Source: Balamuthia mandrillaris (Eukaryota). From it: a DNA stretch of 64,000 nt. Position numbers and translations under genes: made by a program. The stretch is from contig JAVKOQ020000107.1 in NCBI GenBank assembly GCA_031835245.2, forward strand, positions 62,001-126,000, given 5' to 3'. This document shows, piece by piece, positions 49,135 to 60,655 of this stretch; the stretch's first letter is position 1, and each line of letters opens with the position of its first letter. The notes under the pieces are model-generated. The model was given only the letters and a program-made list of their open reading frames with translations. It made no database searches and was not told the DNA's origin.

Positions 49135-51105
49135 ATGTCTGACTTGATCGCACGCCCCTACACCCAACTCACACAACTGGTGGAGGCCAGGCCGTGGCTG
49201 CGCACTATCCGCAACGTGGTGTTCTACGTGGTGGTCCTTCGCCTCGGCCTCAGCTTCTTCTGGCGGCTGTACGACTGCGGCCCGCGCCGCCTGCTCAGGG
49301 ACCTCAAGAAGTACCTCCTCCTCACCTTCTTCACGCAGGTCAAACGGTTGCCCCTCATCAAAGGGACCATCCAGGGAGAGATCTCAAAGAACATGGACCA
49401 GGTGCGGAAGAGCCTCATCCCGCAGCTGCCGGAGGGCCTGCCGGTCTATAACGAGCTGCCCAAGGAGGGACTCACCCCTGAGGAGATCGAGGAGCAGCTT
49501 AGCATTATGAAGGACATGGGCAAGCACCACTGGCAGGAGGGCAAGATTTCCGGCGCGGTTCGTTTATTGTTTTTATCTCTTCGCTTATTCTTGTTCTTAT
49601 GTTGTCTTGTCTTGTTTTTTTGTTCTTCTTTCTTCTTTCTTCTTTCTTCTTTCTTCTTTCTTCTTTCTTCTTTCTTCTTTCTTCTTTCTTCTTTCTTCTT
49701 TCTTCTTTCTTCTTTCTTCTCTCTTCTTTCTTCTTTCTTCTTTCTTCTTTCTTCTTTCTTCTCTCTTCTTTCTTCTTTCTTCTTATATCCTGTTCCACCC
49801 GGCATTACTTTGCACTTGTAGGTATACCACGGCGGAGAGGACATCACCAAGATCTCAGTACGAGCCTACGAGATGTTCACATGGAGTAACCCACTGCACC
49901 CGGACGTCTTCCCTGGTGTGCGCAAGATGGAGGCAGAGGTGATCGCCATGGTCGTCAAGATGTTCAACGGCAACGAGGAGGCCTGCGGCACCACCACCAG
50001 CGGCGGCACGGAGAGCATCCTCATGGCCTGCCGCGCCTACAGGGAGTGGGGGAAGGCCGTAAAGGGCATTACCAAGCCGGAGATCGTGGTCCCTTCCTCC
50101 GTGCACTGCGCCTTTGACAAGGCCTGCGACTACTTTGGCATCAAGCTCGTTCACGTACCCGTCTCCAAGAAGACGTGGAGCGCCGACATCGAGGCCATGC
50201 GTCGTGCCATCACCTCTAACACGGTAGCTCTTGTGGGCTCTGCCCCAAGCTTCCCTCACGGCACCATGGACGACATTCAAGGGCTGGCCGCTCTGGCCCG
50301 GAGATACAATGTGGGGTTGCACGTAGACAGCTGCCTGGGAGGGTTCTTGGTGCCTTTCATGGCCAAAGCGGGCTACCCTCTGCGTCCCTTTGACTTTAGA
50401 GTGCCCGGCGTGACCTCTATCTCCTGCGACACCCACAAGTACGGCTTTGCTCCCAAGGGTTCCTCCGTCATTCTCTACCGCAACAAGGAGCTGAGGAGCT
50501 TCCAGTACTTTGTGGCTCCCGATTGGCCAGGAGGTATCTACGCCTCCCCAACCATCGCCGGCAGCAGGCCCGGGGCCTTGATCGCCGCCTGCTGGGCCAC
50601 CATGATGTCCGTCGGAGAAGAGGGCTACGTGCGTGCCACTAGGGAGGTCATTGCCAACACCAGAAAGATTGCCACCGGCATCAAGAGCATTCCCGGCTTG
50701 AAGCTCCTTGGGGAGCCGCTGGTAAGCGTGGTGGCCTTCACCTCGGACCACTTTGACATCTACAGATTGGGAGAGGAGATGAACCACAGAGGGTGGAATC
50801 TCAACAACCTGCAGTACCCTTCCAGCATTCACCTCTGCTTGACACCCGCCAACATGCATCGAGCGGATGACTTTGTGGCGGACCTTCAGAGCATTGCTGC
50901 TGAGCTCATGAAGAACCCTGCTGCGAGCAAGGCGCAAGGCGCTGGTGCTATCTATGGCATGTCACAGGCTGTGCCCGACCGTTCCATCATCGACCAAATT
51001 GCCCGCGGCTACATTGATGTTCTTTTCGAAAGCACGGCCTCCTCCTCTGCTGGTTCCTCTTCTGCTGAAGACAGCAATACTTCTAGAAAGGAGAGCAACA
51101 ACTAA
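49135..51105 (+). CDS. SGPL1: Sphingosine-1-phosphate lyase (PLP-dependent)
   Basis: N-terminal TM; WQEGKISGA|VYHG; SNPLHPDVFPGVRKMEAEV; TSGGTESILMA; HVDSCLGGFL; SISCDTHKYG (PLP Lys); one intron at about 49558-49821. Confidence 0.96.
49624..49783. repeat. Pyrimidine-only intronic tandem repeat in SGPL1
   Basis: Repeated TTCTTTC-based units read directly. Confidence 0.85.
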
Positions 51106-51195
51106 AAACGCAAACTTTACAGACTTTGGTTCTATCTTTTTGTTCTTTCTTACACGTGTGTTTCAGTGTGCTTCACGTTTTGTTATTTCTTCATG

Positions 51196-54100
51196 CTATC
51201 GTCTTCCTCCTCTTTTGCCACGGGTAGCAGTGGCTTGCGAGAAGTAAGACTTGCCAGTGGCCAACCGTCCTTTTCCAGCGGCAGCTCTGCCCTTCCGTCC
51301 AAGTCCCGTTCCTCCTTTCTCCTCCTCCACGATCTCCTTCACGACACCAACCACCGCGGTCTGTCCTTGGTCCCTCATGAGGAAGCGTCCCAAGGGAGCC
51401 AGCTCCTGGAAGGTCTCCAAACAAACCGCTCGCCCTCCCTTTGGTCGCATGAGGCAGATGGCGGCCTCCCCCGTGCGAACCTTTTGGGGCTTCTCCTCCA
51501 CCACTTTGCCAGTCCTCTTGTCCAGCTTTTGCAGCAGCTCCTCCACTCGGCAGGGGAAGGAGGCGGTGTGGCAGTAGAGTTGAGGGCAGAAGCCAGCGCT
51601 GATGCCGTTGCTGTGATTGAGGACGAGGATCTGAGCGATGAAGGCCTTGACGGCACGAACGGGTCGGTCGTTGGCATGGCAGGCCACCAATCCGCGGTAG
51701 ACGTGCTCCTTGTAGGGCTCCGGACAGTTCTTGACCTTGAAGCCGATGAGGTCGCCCGGCAGCACCTCCGCTCGGTCCGTGTGATGGATCTGAATGCTGG
51801 TCGTCTGGGCGGTCAGGCCCTCGGGCATCAGCATGAGGGTGTCGTTCTGACGAAGGACACCGCTGGCCACACGACCGACGGCCACCGTTCCAACACCCGT
51901 CACCTTGAAGGATTGGAGAATGGGGATGCGAAGCGGTTTGTCCACCGGACGAACGGGGAGGGAGAGGTTGTCCAGGGCCTCCACCAGGGTCGTGCCCTTG
52001 GCGCCGGTCATGCCGTTGGTCCAACCCTCGTACCAAGGCATGTTCTCGGAGGGATAGATGAGGTTGTCGCCGTGGTAGCCGCTGATAGGGATGAAGACAG
52101 TTCTCTTGTCCTGGACGCCTACCTGTCGGAGGAGGCGCTGGACCTCACCTACAATCTCTTCGAAGCGCTTCTGAGCGTAGCCGACCGTGTCCATCTTGTT
52201 GACCGCCACGATGAAGTTCCTTACTCCCATGGTGTAGGCCACGAGGGCCTCCTCTCGAGTCATGCCCCCTCTGGCGATGCCAGCCTCGAACTCCCCATCG
52301 GTGGCACTGATGACCAAGATGGCCACGTCCGCCATGGAGGCACCCACCGTCATGTTCTTGATGAAAGAGCGATGGCCGGGAGCGTCCAGGAGATCCACGT
52401 CAAAGTTGGGCGTCTCCACGCTCCAACAGCTGACCTCGATGGTCACGCCGAGCTCGCGCTCAGTGCGGAGCTTGTCCATGACCCAGGCGTACTTGGACAT
52501 GGTGTTCTTTCCGGCGGCTCTCGCGTCCCTCTCGTACTTTTCCACTATTCTCTTGTCCACAAAGCCCAACTCGGTGATGAGATGGCCAGAGGTGGTCGAC
52601 TTGCCAGAGTCTACGTTGCCAATGATGACCACGGAGATGCGAGGCTTTCCGGTGACGCTTCTTGCTATTTGCTTGGCCACTGTGTAATGCTCGTCCAAGA
52701 GACGAGCGACCTCGGGGCGTGGAGGCACGAATGCTGCGTACGCTTTGTTGCGCCACTCTTTGGCTGCATTGTACTCTGCCAATTGAGTCTGGTTATAGAA
52801 CGACAGGTCACCAGTCGTTGTGAACAGACAGAAACAAGAAAAAAGCAAAGGAAGGAGAAGAAGAGAAACGAAAAAGATAAAGAAGAGAACGTACAGTATT
52901 CAGCGTTTCAATGAGCTGGTTTGTAGGATCCATCAAAGCACGCACCACGTCGTAATCCAGTCTAAACAGGCCATAGCCATTGGAGGGACGTCCCTTCCAA
53001 TGCCACAGCTTAAACACCGGCAACATCAGTTGCTTCCAGAACCTCTGCCAAAGGACGCGCCCGTCCTCTTTGTTCTTCAGGTCCAAGGTATGACCTTTGC
53101 CGGTCATCGTGTCCCTCACAAAGAGATTGTTGTTGCTGAGGTTGACCTGCAAGGTGCAGTGCTGCTCCGTCTCTTCATCCACCCAGCAGAGCAACGTGTG
53201 AGCAAAAGGCTCCTTGTGTTGGCGAAGCGGCTCCAAGCGAGTGATAACATGCTGCTCGAACTCGTTGGGAGAACGAAAGGCTGCAAAGCTCTCTTTCAGT
53301 TTATCGATGGGATAGGTGGCGATGCAATGCCACACGAAGAACTGCCTTTGGAGGGTCCTCCAGCAGAAGGATGCAGGGAAGGCCACGCGCGTCTTCCTTT
53401 GTACCAGTTCGAAGAAGGTGGAGACGAGGAAAGGGAGCATGCCCTCTTTGGAGAGGAAGAGCAGGACTCGGGATTGTTGTTCTTCCTCCGAGACGTCATC
53501 ATCGTTGAGCAACACCAACTGGCCTAACTCCTGCGCTATACGAAGTGCATCTTCTGGAATCTCTGCTTTGTTTTCTTCCTCCTCTTCTTCCTCCTCTTCT
53601 CCCCCTTCTTTCTTCTTTTCATCAGAAGAAGCAGCAGCAGAAGATGAAGCAGCAGAAGAGGATGTCGATGTTAACTTGACCAAGTTACGCACCAACTGCC
53701 TCAACCACTTGCGAAGCACCATCTGCTCCGCCAACAGCTTCTCCGACAACCCCCTTTGCTGCGGGGGAGCAGCTGCTCCCTTCTTTACCTCCACTTTGCC
53801 CAACAACAGCTTGCAGGACCGGTAAAGACTGACCCTCTGGAGGGCTTCCAGCTTGGCCGCTGCGGGGAACTCTCCATCGAGCAAGGCGTAGGCAAAGGCC
53901 TTGACCGGCATGTACTTTCCGGGAGAGTCGGCCTGTTTGAGGACGCTCCTGCCGTTCACAAGTTTCAGGACAAGTCCCATGGCGTCGTGGTACTTGGGCA
54001 GGGTCTTGGGGTTATCTATCCAGCAGGCCAAGGTGGCCAGGATCTCGGCCATGCGGCTGACGTCCATGCCTGTGGGTGGCCTCTTCTTCATGTGCATCAG

Positions 54101-57100
54101 CAGGAAGCCGATGTAGAGGTTGCCCGTCTCCGTGAGCGGAGCCATCGGCGTGCCGGTCACGAACTCGCTCAGCAGGCCGGGGAGCAGGTTGGAGAGAACC
54201 AGGTTGGAGAGAGGCTCGGGGGCGATGGGCAGGGCAAAGTTGGCCGAGGAGAAGGTGCCTGGCACGCGGACCAAGCTGTTCCCTTCCTTCTCTCCTTCTT
54301 TGTCGGCCAACCGCCAGAACAAACGAAAGTAGGCAAAGGAGGTGGCGTCCGAGCCTCCCTCCACGACGTGCATCATCTCCTTGGAGTTATAGATGAGGCC
54401 GGCTGACTGGTTAGGGGCAATGGTGTAGAGGAAGGCCGGCAGCGTGCTGTTCTCCTGGATAAGCTCCAGCATGGTGGAGAAGGAGAGGGGGTCGCAAAGC
54501 CGCTTGCAAGTCTCGGAGACGTCCTTGGAGAGCGCCACGACAGTGTGCCTGGCCACCACTCGCTCGGCAGGATAGATCTCTCCCAACGTGAGGAGGCCGC
54601 TTCGCTCTCTCATCTCGGAGAGAGCGGTTCTGCCTCCGCCGACCAAACGATAGCGAACGCAAGAGAGGAGCTCTTCTGGGTTGTTCTTGTTGTGGGTGAT
54701 AACTTCCTCCACTAGCTCTGCCTTGGGGAAGAGCTTGCCCTTCTCCATCTCTTCCTTCAACAACCTCTGCAAGAGGGCAGCACGAGCCTCCGCCACGTCC
54801 TTGCCTTCCATGATGAGCAACGTGAGTGTGGTCTTGGGAGGTTCCTTTCCTTCCTCCTCTTCCTCCTCATCCTCATCGCAAGCCAACAGGCAGACGCGAT
54901 GAAGGAGGTCTCTGGCCCATGCTCCCCTCTGTGCTATCAGCCGCTCCACCTGTCGGTCCAGGGTGGACTGGGTGACGAAGCCATGGCCCAGCTGCACCTT
55001 CATGCTCTCCAACCCCGCCGCGATGGCCATCTGCTCCTTCGGGTTGAAGAACTCGGACTGCTTGGCCTGCGTCTTGTCGTAAGAGCCAGCCTCCGTGCGC
55101 AAGTACTGAGCCAACATTCTCTCGAGGGCTTTGGCCTGGGTGTCCACGCTCTCCAAGACCTTCTCAAGGAATGAGCGGAGGGCCACCTTGTTGCGAACGT
55201 GTTGGGCGAGGCTGATGATAGCCTCCATTCTTTGCTGCTTGAGCTGCTCCAAACGTTGGCTGGAGCGCTCCATGCCGCTGGGGCTGATGTCCTGGCCTAT
55301 GGCAGAGAGGAGGCCCTCCAGTTGGGGCTCAAGGCTGAGAATCTTGGCCACGTGCGTGCTAACCTCTTCGGAAAGAACGCTGCTCTCGTGGCTCCTTAAC
55401 CAATACTCTTTCCTCTTTCCGCCTTTGCCACAACGAAGAACAATGCCAGTCTTCTCTTCCGAAGAAGCAGCAGCCGAAGAAGGAGGAGCAACGATCTCTT
55501 CCATGAGGAAAGACCAAGGAAGATGTCCTCTGGCAAAGAGAATGCCTTCCTTGGAGACAGCTGCTGGCACGACGTGCTCGTTGCCCGTGCGAAGACCGTT
55601 GATGGTTAGCATGGTGTTGGTGCCGGAGGCCATCGCCGCCATCTCCCCTTTCAGCCTCTCGATGTCAGCCACCGCGTGAAAGTGTCCGTTGGAGGCCTCT
55701 CTCAAGGCCTTCAACAGCAGGGGATGAGCCTCACCAAAGTGGCAGACGTGAAACTCGAGGGAGCAGCCACCACGGCGATCGCTGCTGTCCTCTTCGCTCT
55801 CATCCTGCAAGCGCTTGCAAGCAGTCTCCAAGTCGCCCACCATCTTCCTTTGGTACTCGGTCAGACCGGTTTGTGGGTCTTCCACGTTGAAGTAGTTGAA
55901 CTTGGGGTCTGCCCTGTTGGAGGGAATGCGCAGCACTTGTTGCTTCGTGAGCGTGCTCTGCAGGTTGCTGGCGTTCTTGTTGATGGCGGAGTGGTCCAAG
56001 CAACGGGTCTCCTCGCCATCCGTCAAGAACCAGACCACCAGGTTGGAGATGCGGTCTCGGCTCCTGAGCTCCTCCATTTGCTGAGCGATGGCAGCCAAGG
56101 CCGCCTCGATGTTGGTCCCTCCCGTTGCCACAAACACGCTCTCATTCGTCTTCTCCCTCAACATTCTCTCCATCTCCTCATCCTCCACAAACTCTTCTCC
56201 GCCCTCCATATCGTCATCGTCCTCGTTCTCCTCTTCCTCTTCCTCTCCGCCTCCTTCCTTCTGCTTATCTCCTTCTTTCTTGCCGTTCTTCTTGGAGACA
56301 TAAAACATATCGGGAGTGAAGGTGATGGGGCGGGAGACGATGTTGTTCCAAACGAGGAGGGTCACCGGGACGCCGTTCTTCAAAGCGGCCATGAAGAAGG
56401 GAGGGATGAGGTCTCTTGCCTTCTTGATGCTGCTATGAGGATGGTCGTTGGACTTGGGAGGGAGGTAGATGCCCTTCTCGTCGTGGTTCATCGAGGCACT
56501 GATGTCAAGACAGAAGATCACATGCGAGCTTCCTCCTTCTTCAGTGTTGCTTCTCAAGACCATTTGTTGTTCTTTCATCGAAGAAGAAGAAGAAGAGGAA
56601 GCATCACCGGTCAACAAGTCGACAGTGGAGAAGAAATGGAGCTTCTTGTCGGCCACCATCGGCACGAACAACAGCTGAGCCTGCTCGCACCACACCTGGT
56701 GCATGCGGGTGAACTGCTTGTGCCGCTCCATCTCCATCTCCGCCGTGTCTCGCTGCTTGAGCAGCGCTCTCTCTTGCTGCTGTTTACGCTCGGCCACGAG
56801 CTCGCTTGGGAGGAGCTTCGTCAGGGCCTCTGTCACGGCACGAAAGAGCTGTCGCTGACGGGCGACTACCGAGTCGTCCCCGCCGCCGAGGAGAATGTCC
56901 TCCAGGGTGTCAAACTGGCGGTCGCTCTCCTCCAAGTCCAGGAGTTGGGCGAGGGAGGTCACCCCCAGGGCGTTGCGGAGGGTGTCAAAGAGGCCCTCCA
57001 CTTCCTCGCGGGTGGCGTCCGGCATGGAAAGGAGGTGCGCTTTGTTGGAAGGGAAGAGGACGGGCAGGAGTCGAGCCGTCTCAGTCTCCTTCGTGAGACT

Positions 57101-57418
57101 CGCTTCCTTCTCTTTCTCTTTTTCAGTTACATTGGTGGTTGTTGTAGTTGTGGTGGTCTTGGTTGCTCCTGTAGTGCTTGCCAGCAAACGAGAGGTCAAA
57201 GCGGCCAGCTCGGTTGACTCGAGAAAGCCGATGGCCACCAGACGAGCCAGCAGCGGAGCCGCTTTGGCCAGCGGTAACGCCAAGACCGGAGCGAGAAGAG
57301 CTTCCTTCTGCTCGTTATAGAAAGGACCCAAGCCGTCCTTCAGGAGTAACAACGCTTTGGCCTGTTCTTCCAGGGATTCGAGGGAGACACTGGCCTCTGG
57401 TTCCCGTGTCCCCTCCAT
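51196..57418 (-). CDS. ~2038-aa fusion: vWA (MIDAS) domain, large uncharacterised region and complete EF-1alpha-like translational GTPase
   Basis: Exon 57418-52895 (1508 codons), phase-0 GT-AG intron 52894-52789, exon 52788-51196. MIDAS: CLDISAS, GGTNIEAAL, WFLTDG. EF1A: GNVDSGKST, ERELGVTIE, DAPGHRSF, NKMD, SGYHG, PLGRF..RD..QTAVVGV. Confidence 0.85.
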
Positions 57419-57673
57419 TCTTCAAGGTTTGTTAGTAAGCTTTGGGCGAAACTAAAGCATTTTTTTTTCTTTTATTGGCTTTATTTCATTTAGGTGAACA
57501 GCACAGCAAAGAGGTTTTTTTTCGTTCTGAAAAATTTCTCGTAATAAAGAGAACGTTTATCGATATTTTTATATTTGTAGACATTTGTTTGAATGGCCAT
57601 TGGTCACTAACTTTAATTGTCGACATCCAAAACGATAAAAAGAGAAGCAGAAAAAACCTGTACAGGGGGAGAG

Positions 57674-57713
<40 letters not shown>

Positions 57714-57764
57714 AGTTTTGGGGAGAATCCAATGGGTTGAAGGTTCGCTGGCCTGCGTTCCTTC

Positions 57765-59210
57765 TCAACTTCCCACTTGCTTTCGGATCTTACGATTCGT
57801 TCGCTCCATTCTCTCATTGTTTTGACGAGAACTATCGCGAACTTTGTCCAACCTGCACAGAAGAAAGAAAGTTATTCATGCGTTTCTTTTGTCGTTTTCG
57901 TTCTCATCTTTTTCAACTTACCTAATATTATGATCCTGGAGCTCGCCTCTTATTTCCAAAGCCATCTCTCCGAGGTCTGACACAAGGTCTCCCAAACGGT
58001 CCAGCGCGCTGTCCGTGTCCTTGATCTTCTGCTGCTTCTCCTCTGACAGCATGCTAAAGTCTGGCTGATATTCCCTGTGATCCTCCTCGCCGCGATCCCT
58101 TGACCGGCCGTGTTGCTTCCTCTGCCGACGGCGTTCCTCCCTCTCGGCCAATTGCTTGTCCTTGGCCTCCGCCTTGCGCAGCTTATCAATCTCCCGGTCG
58201 GCCTTGCGGTTGTTGTCCTTGGCTCTTCCGGAGGAAGTCACATGGTTTGCATAGTAACCGGCCACACTCTCGATACCACGCATGTGGCGGTCGGCCTTGT
58301 CCTGCAGGTGGGAGATATCGTCGAGGTCGCCCTGGATGCTGCGCAGCTGCTTGCCTTGGTGATCCAGTTTCTCCATTGTCTCTGAGCCTATTCTTTTGGT
58401 GTTCTCTGCCACTCGCTATACAGAGGAAGAGAAAGAAAAGCAAGGTAAAACATAAGGCAATAAAGAAAGCTGACAATTTAGTACATACCAAGGCGCGTTG
58501 AACGCTATCATAGGTATCATCAACTACATCTTCTGCTTCTTCAATACTGTTTTGTTATTTGAATTAACTCTGAGAAGGAGTAAAGGAAAAAAAAAAGAAG
58601 AAAAATATCTAGAAAGAAAAAAGAAAGAGAGAGAAAACGAGCACAAGAAGACGTACACTTTCTGAGTTTGTTTAGCCTTTTCAGACATACGACCGCCTGA
58701 TGTCCCTGCCTCCAGCTCTGCAGGCTGGTTCTTGACAGGCGCCCCCTTGGGCAGCACCAAGCCCACCTTCAGCTCCACATTGCCCTGGATCTTGTCCTTC
58801 TTGTTGCCCCTCTCTCCGCCCAGCTTGTACCTCCTGGGCTGGGCGTACTCGAAGCTGGTATTGGCCAGGTCGGCCAAGGCGAGCCTCACCTCCCCAAAAA
58901 ACGTTTGGCTCTTCCTCTTCTTGTGGCCGTTCTCGTCGTAGATCTGGATAAAGACCTCTGTCAGCCTCTTCTGATCCGCCCGCGCTATGGGAAACTCAAA
59001 GGTCTCATCCCACTTGGGGCGGGAGGTGCGGTGCATGACCTTGGTGGTCCGCTCCACGCCGTTGTAGATGACCACGGCAAAGACGTCGCCCCCCATCTTG
59101 GTCTTGGGGTCGCGCTTGGGGACGTGGGCGTGGTAGACGGTCACCTTGAGGGCCATGTAGTCAGGATCCCCTGGGACGGGCTCTGGATCGACTTTCTTTT
59201 TCTTGAACAT
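57765..59210 (-). CDS. C2-domain protein fused to a SNAP-25/Sec9-like Qbc SNARE
   Basis: C2: LKVTVYHA..RD..GGDVFAVV..RTTKV..TSRPKWDETFEF..IQIYDEN..FFGEVRL. Qb: DSVQRALRVAENTKRIGSETMEKLDHQGKQLRSI. Qc: DSALDRLGDLVSDLGEMALEIRGELQDHNIRLDKV..MERTNRKI; stop at 57765. Confidence 0.85.
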
Positions 59211-60076
59211 TTGTTTGTTTTGGGCTGAGATCAAATCAAAAATAAAATCAAATCAAAAAGCGCGTCTCTCTCTCTCTCCCTCTGTGGTGGTTAGGAGGGG
59301 CAAGAAGGAGAAGGAGGAGGGAAGGGGGAGGGAGGGATGGATGCTTGGTTTGTTCTCGCTACGAGTTGCTGCTGCTGCCTCCTTTTTCACTACTTTTTTT
59401 TTTCGTATATTTTTTGTTTGGGGGCTTTGTTGTTGGTTTAAGGTGTTGGAAGTTCGTGACGACGTGACAGTTGACGAAATAAAAAAACCCCGATGCTTTG
59501 GCGGGAAAACTTATGGGGTAGAATCCAGAGAAACAATTGTTGGGGGTTTGGAAGGTCAGCACGTTCTCCCAAGGAGCAACAGGATGCCTAGGACGGCCTA
59601 ACCAAATGATAGCGTTGTGACCAACGATGTGGTGCTGACTTCCTCTTCTCCTTGGGGGACGACCTCTGCCAGGTCATTCTCCCGACCTACGTCCGCCAGA
59701 GATACGGTGTGAGCCCAGACCATTTTTTTTTTGCTCAACGCGTACAGCTACACCTGTTTTCGGCGGGAACAGCGCTACCGTTTCCACCTTCTGCCAGCAC
59801 CACCACAAATCATTTCCCCTGCTAGTTTCAACTCCACTGGGATAATCTGAGTTTGGATGAGGAGTTGCCACTTTTCCCCTCTGGGCAAAAAACCAGCTTC
59901 TCTCTCCGCACAGCGTCCTTCCGTTCACCCAGGCGTCCCGTGCCTGCTAAAAAGCAGTGAAAAAAAAATGTAGTGAGAGAACTTTTGCAAAGTTCAAAAG
60001 CGAAGCGAAACTAAAAAGAAGTAGCAGCAGCAAGAGAGGGAGTAGAACCTCGCTAGTCGGGAGCCTTTGAGGAACA

Positions 60077-60597
60077 ATGGACGTGCGTATCCGCTTTTTC
60101 AAGCCGGCGTCTCGCTTATCTTGAGGTTGCTGCAACCATTTTCTATTTTATGTTTTTCGTATTTCCAGGAACATGCTTGCCACGAGGAAGGCACGAACAA
60201 CCACGTTGCTCCCGAAGTAGAGGAAGCATCTGGGCTTGCCACCCTGCCTGAGCTTCTTCTCACGGCCAACCAGGATCTGAGTACCACCAATAGAGAGCTG
60301 ATGAACCTCGCCACGCAACAAACCGCCATCATCGACTTCCTTACGCAGCAACTCTACTGGGCAAACTGCATCATCTACACCAAGGTGTCCTACCAGTCCC
60401 ATCCCCAGCAACAAGATAGCGAGGCAACAACCACAACGCCGCCCTACACCTTTGCTCAGCCCAACCTTCATGAAGATGTGCAAGACGGTGCATCATCATC
60501 CTCGTGTCCCGAGGAGGAAGTACTGGCAGCAGAGCTTCTAGCCTTGGAAGAACGTGTTGGAAAGACAAGGAACAGCAACCAAGCACAACAGCACTAA
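60077..60597 (+). CDS. Hypothetical ~144-aa protein with short coiled coil
   Basis: ATG GAC, GT-AG intron 60083-60168, then an open frame (EHACHEEG...ELMNLATQQTAIIDFLTQQLYW...); no recognisable family. Confidence 0.5.
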
Positions 60598-60655
60598 CGA
60601 AGAGACAAGAGAGAAACAGTAATAATAAAAAAGAACATCGATACCATTTGTTTGT

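Noticed and set aside
49855..50937. 360-aa minus-strand ORF
   Set aside because: Antisense shadow of SGPL1.
51196..52848. Calling this the canonical stand-alone eEF1A, or HBS1/eRF3
   Set aside because: No own Met start, in-frame splice to the vWA exon, and too divergent for housekeeping eEF1A; motifs look closer to EF1A than to HBS1/eRF3 by eye.
51166..52914. 582-aa plus-strand ORF
   Set aside because: Antisense shadow of the GC3-rich EF1A-like coding exon; no recognisable motifs.
55676..57217. 513-aa plus-strand ORF
   Set aside because: Antisense shadow of the vWA exon.
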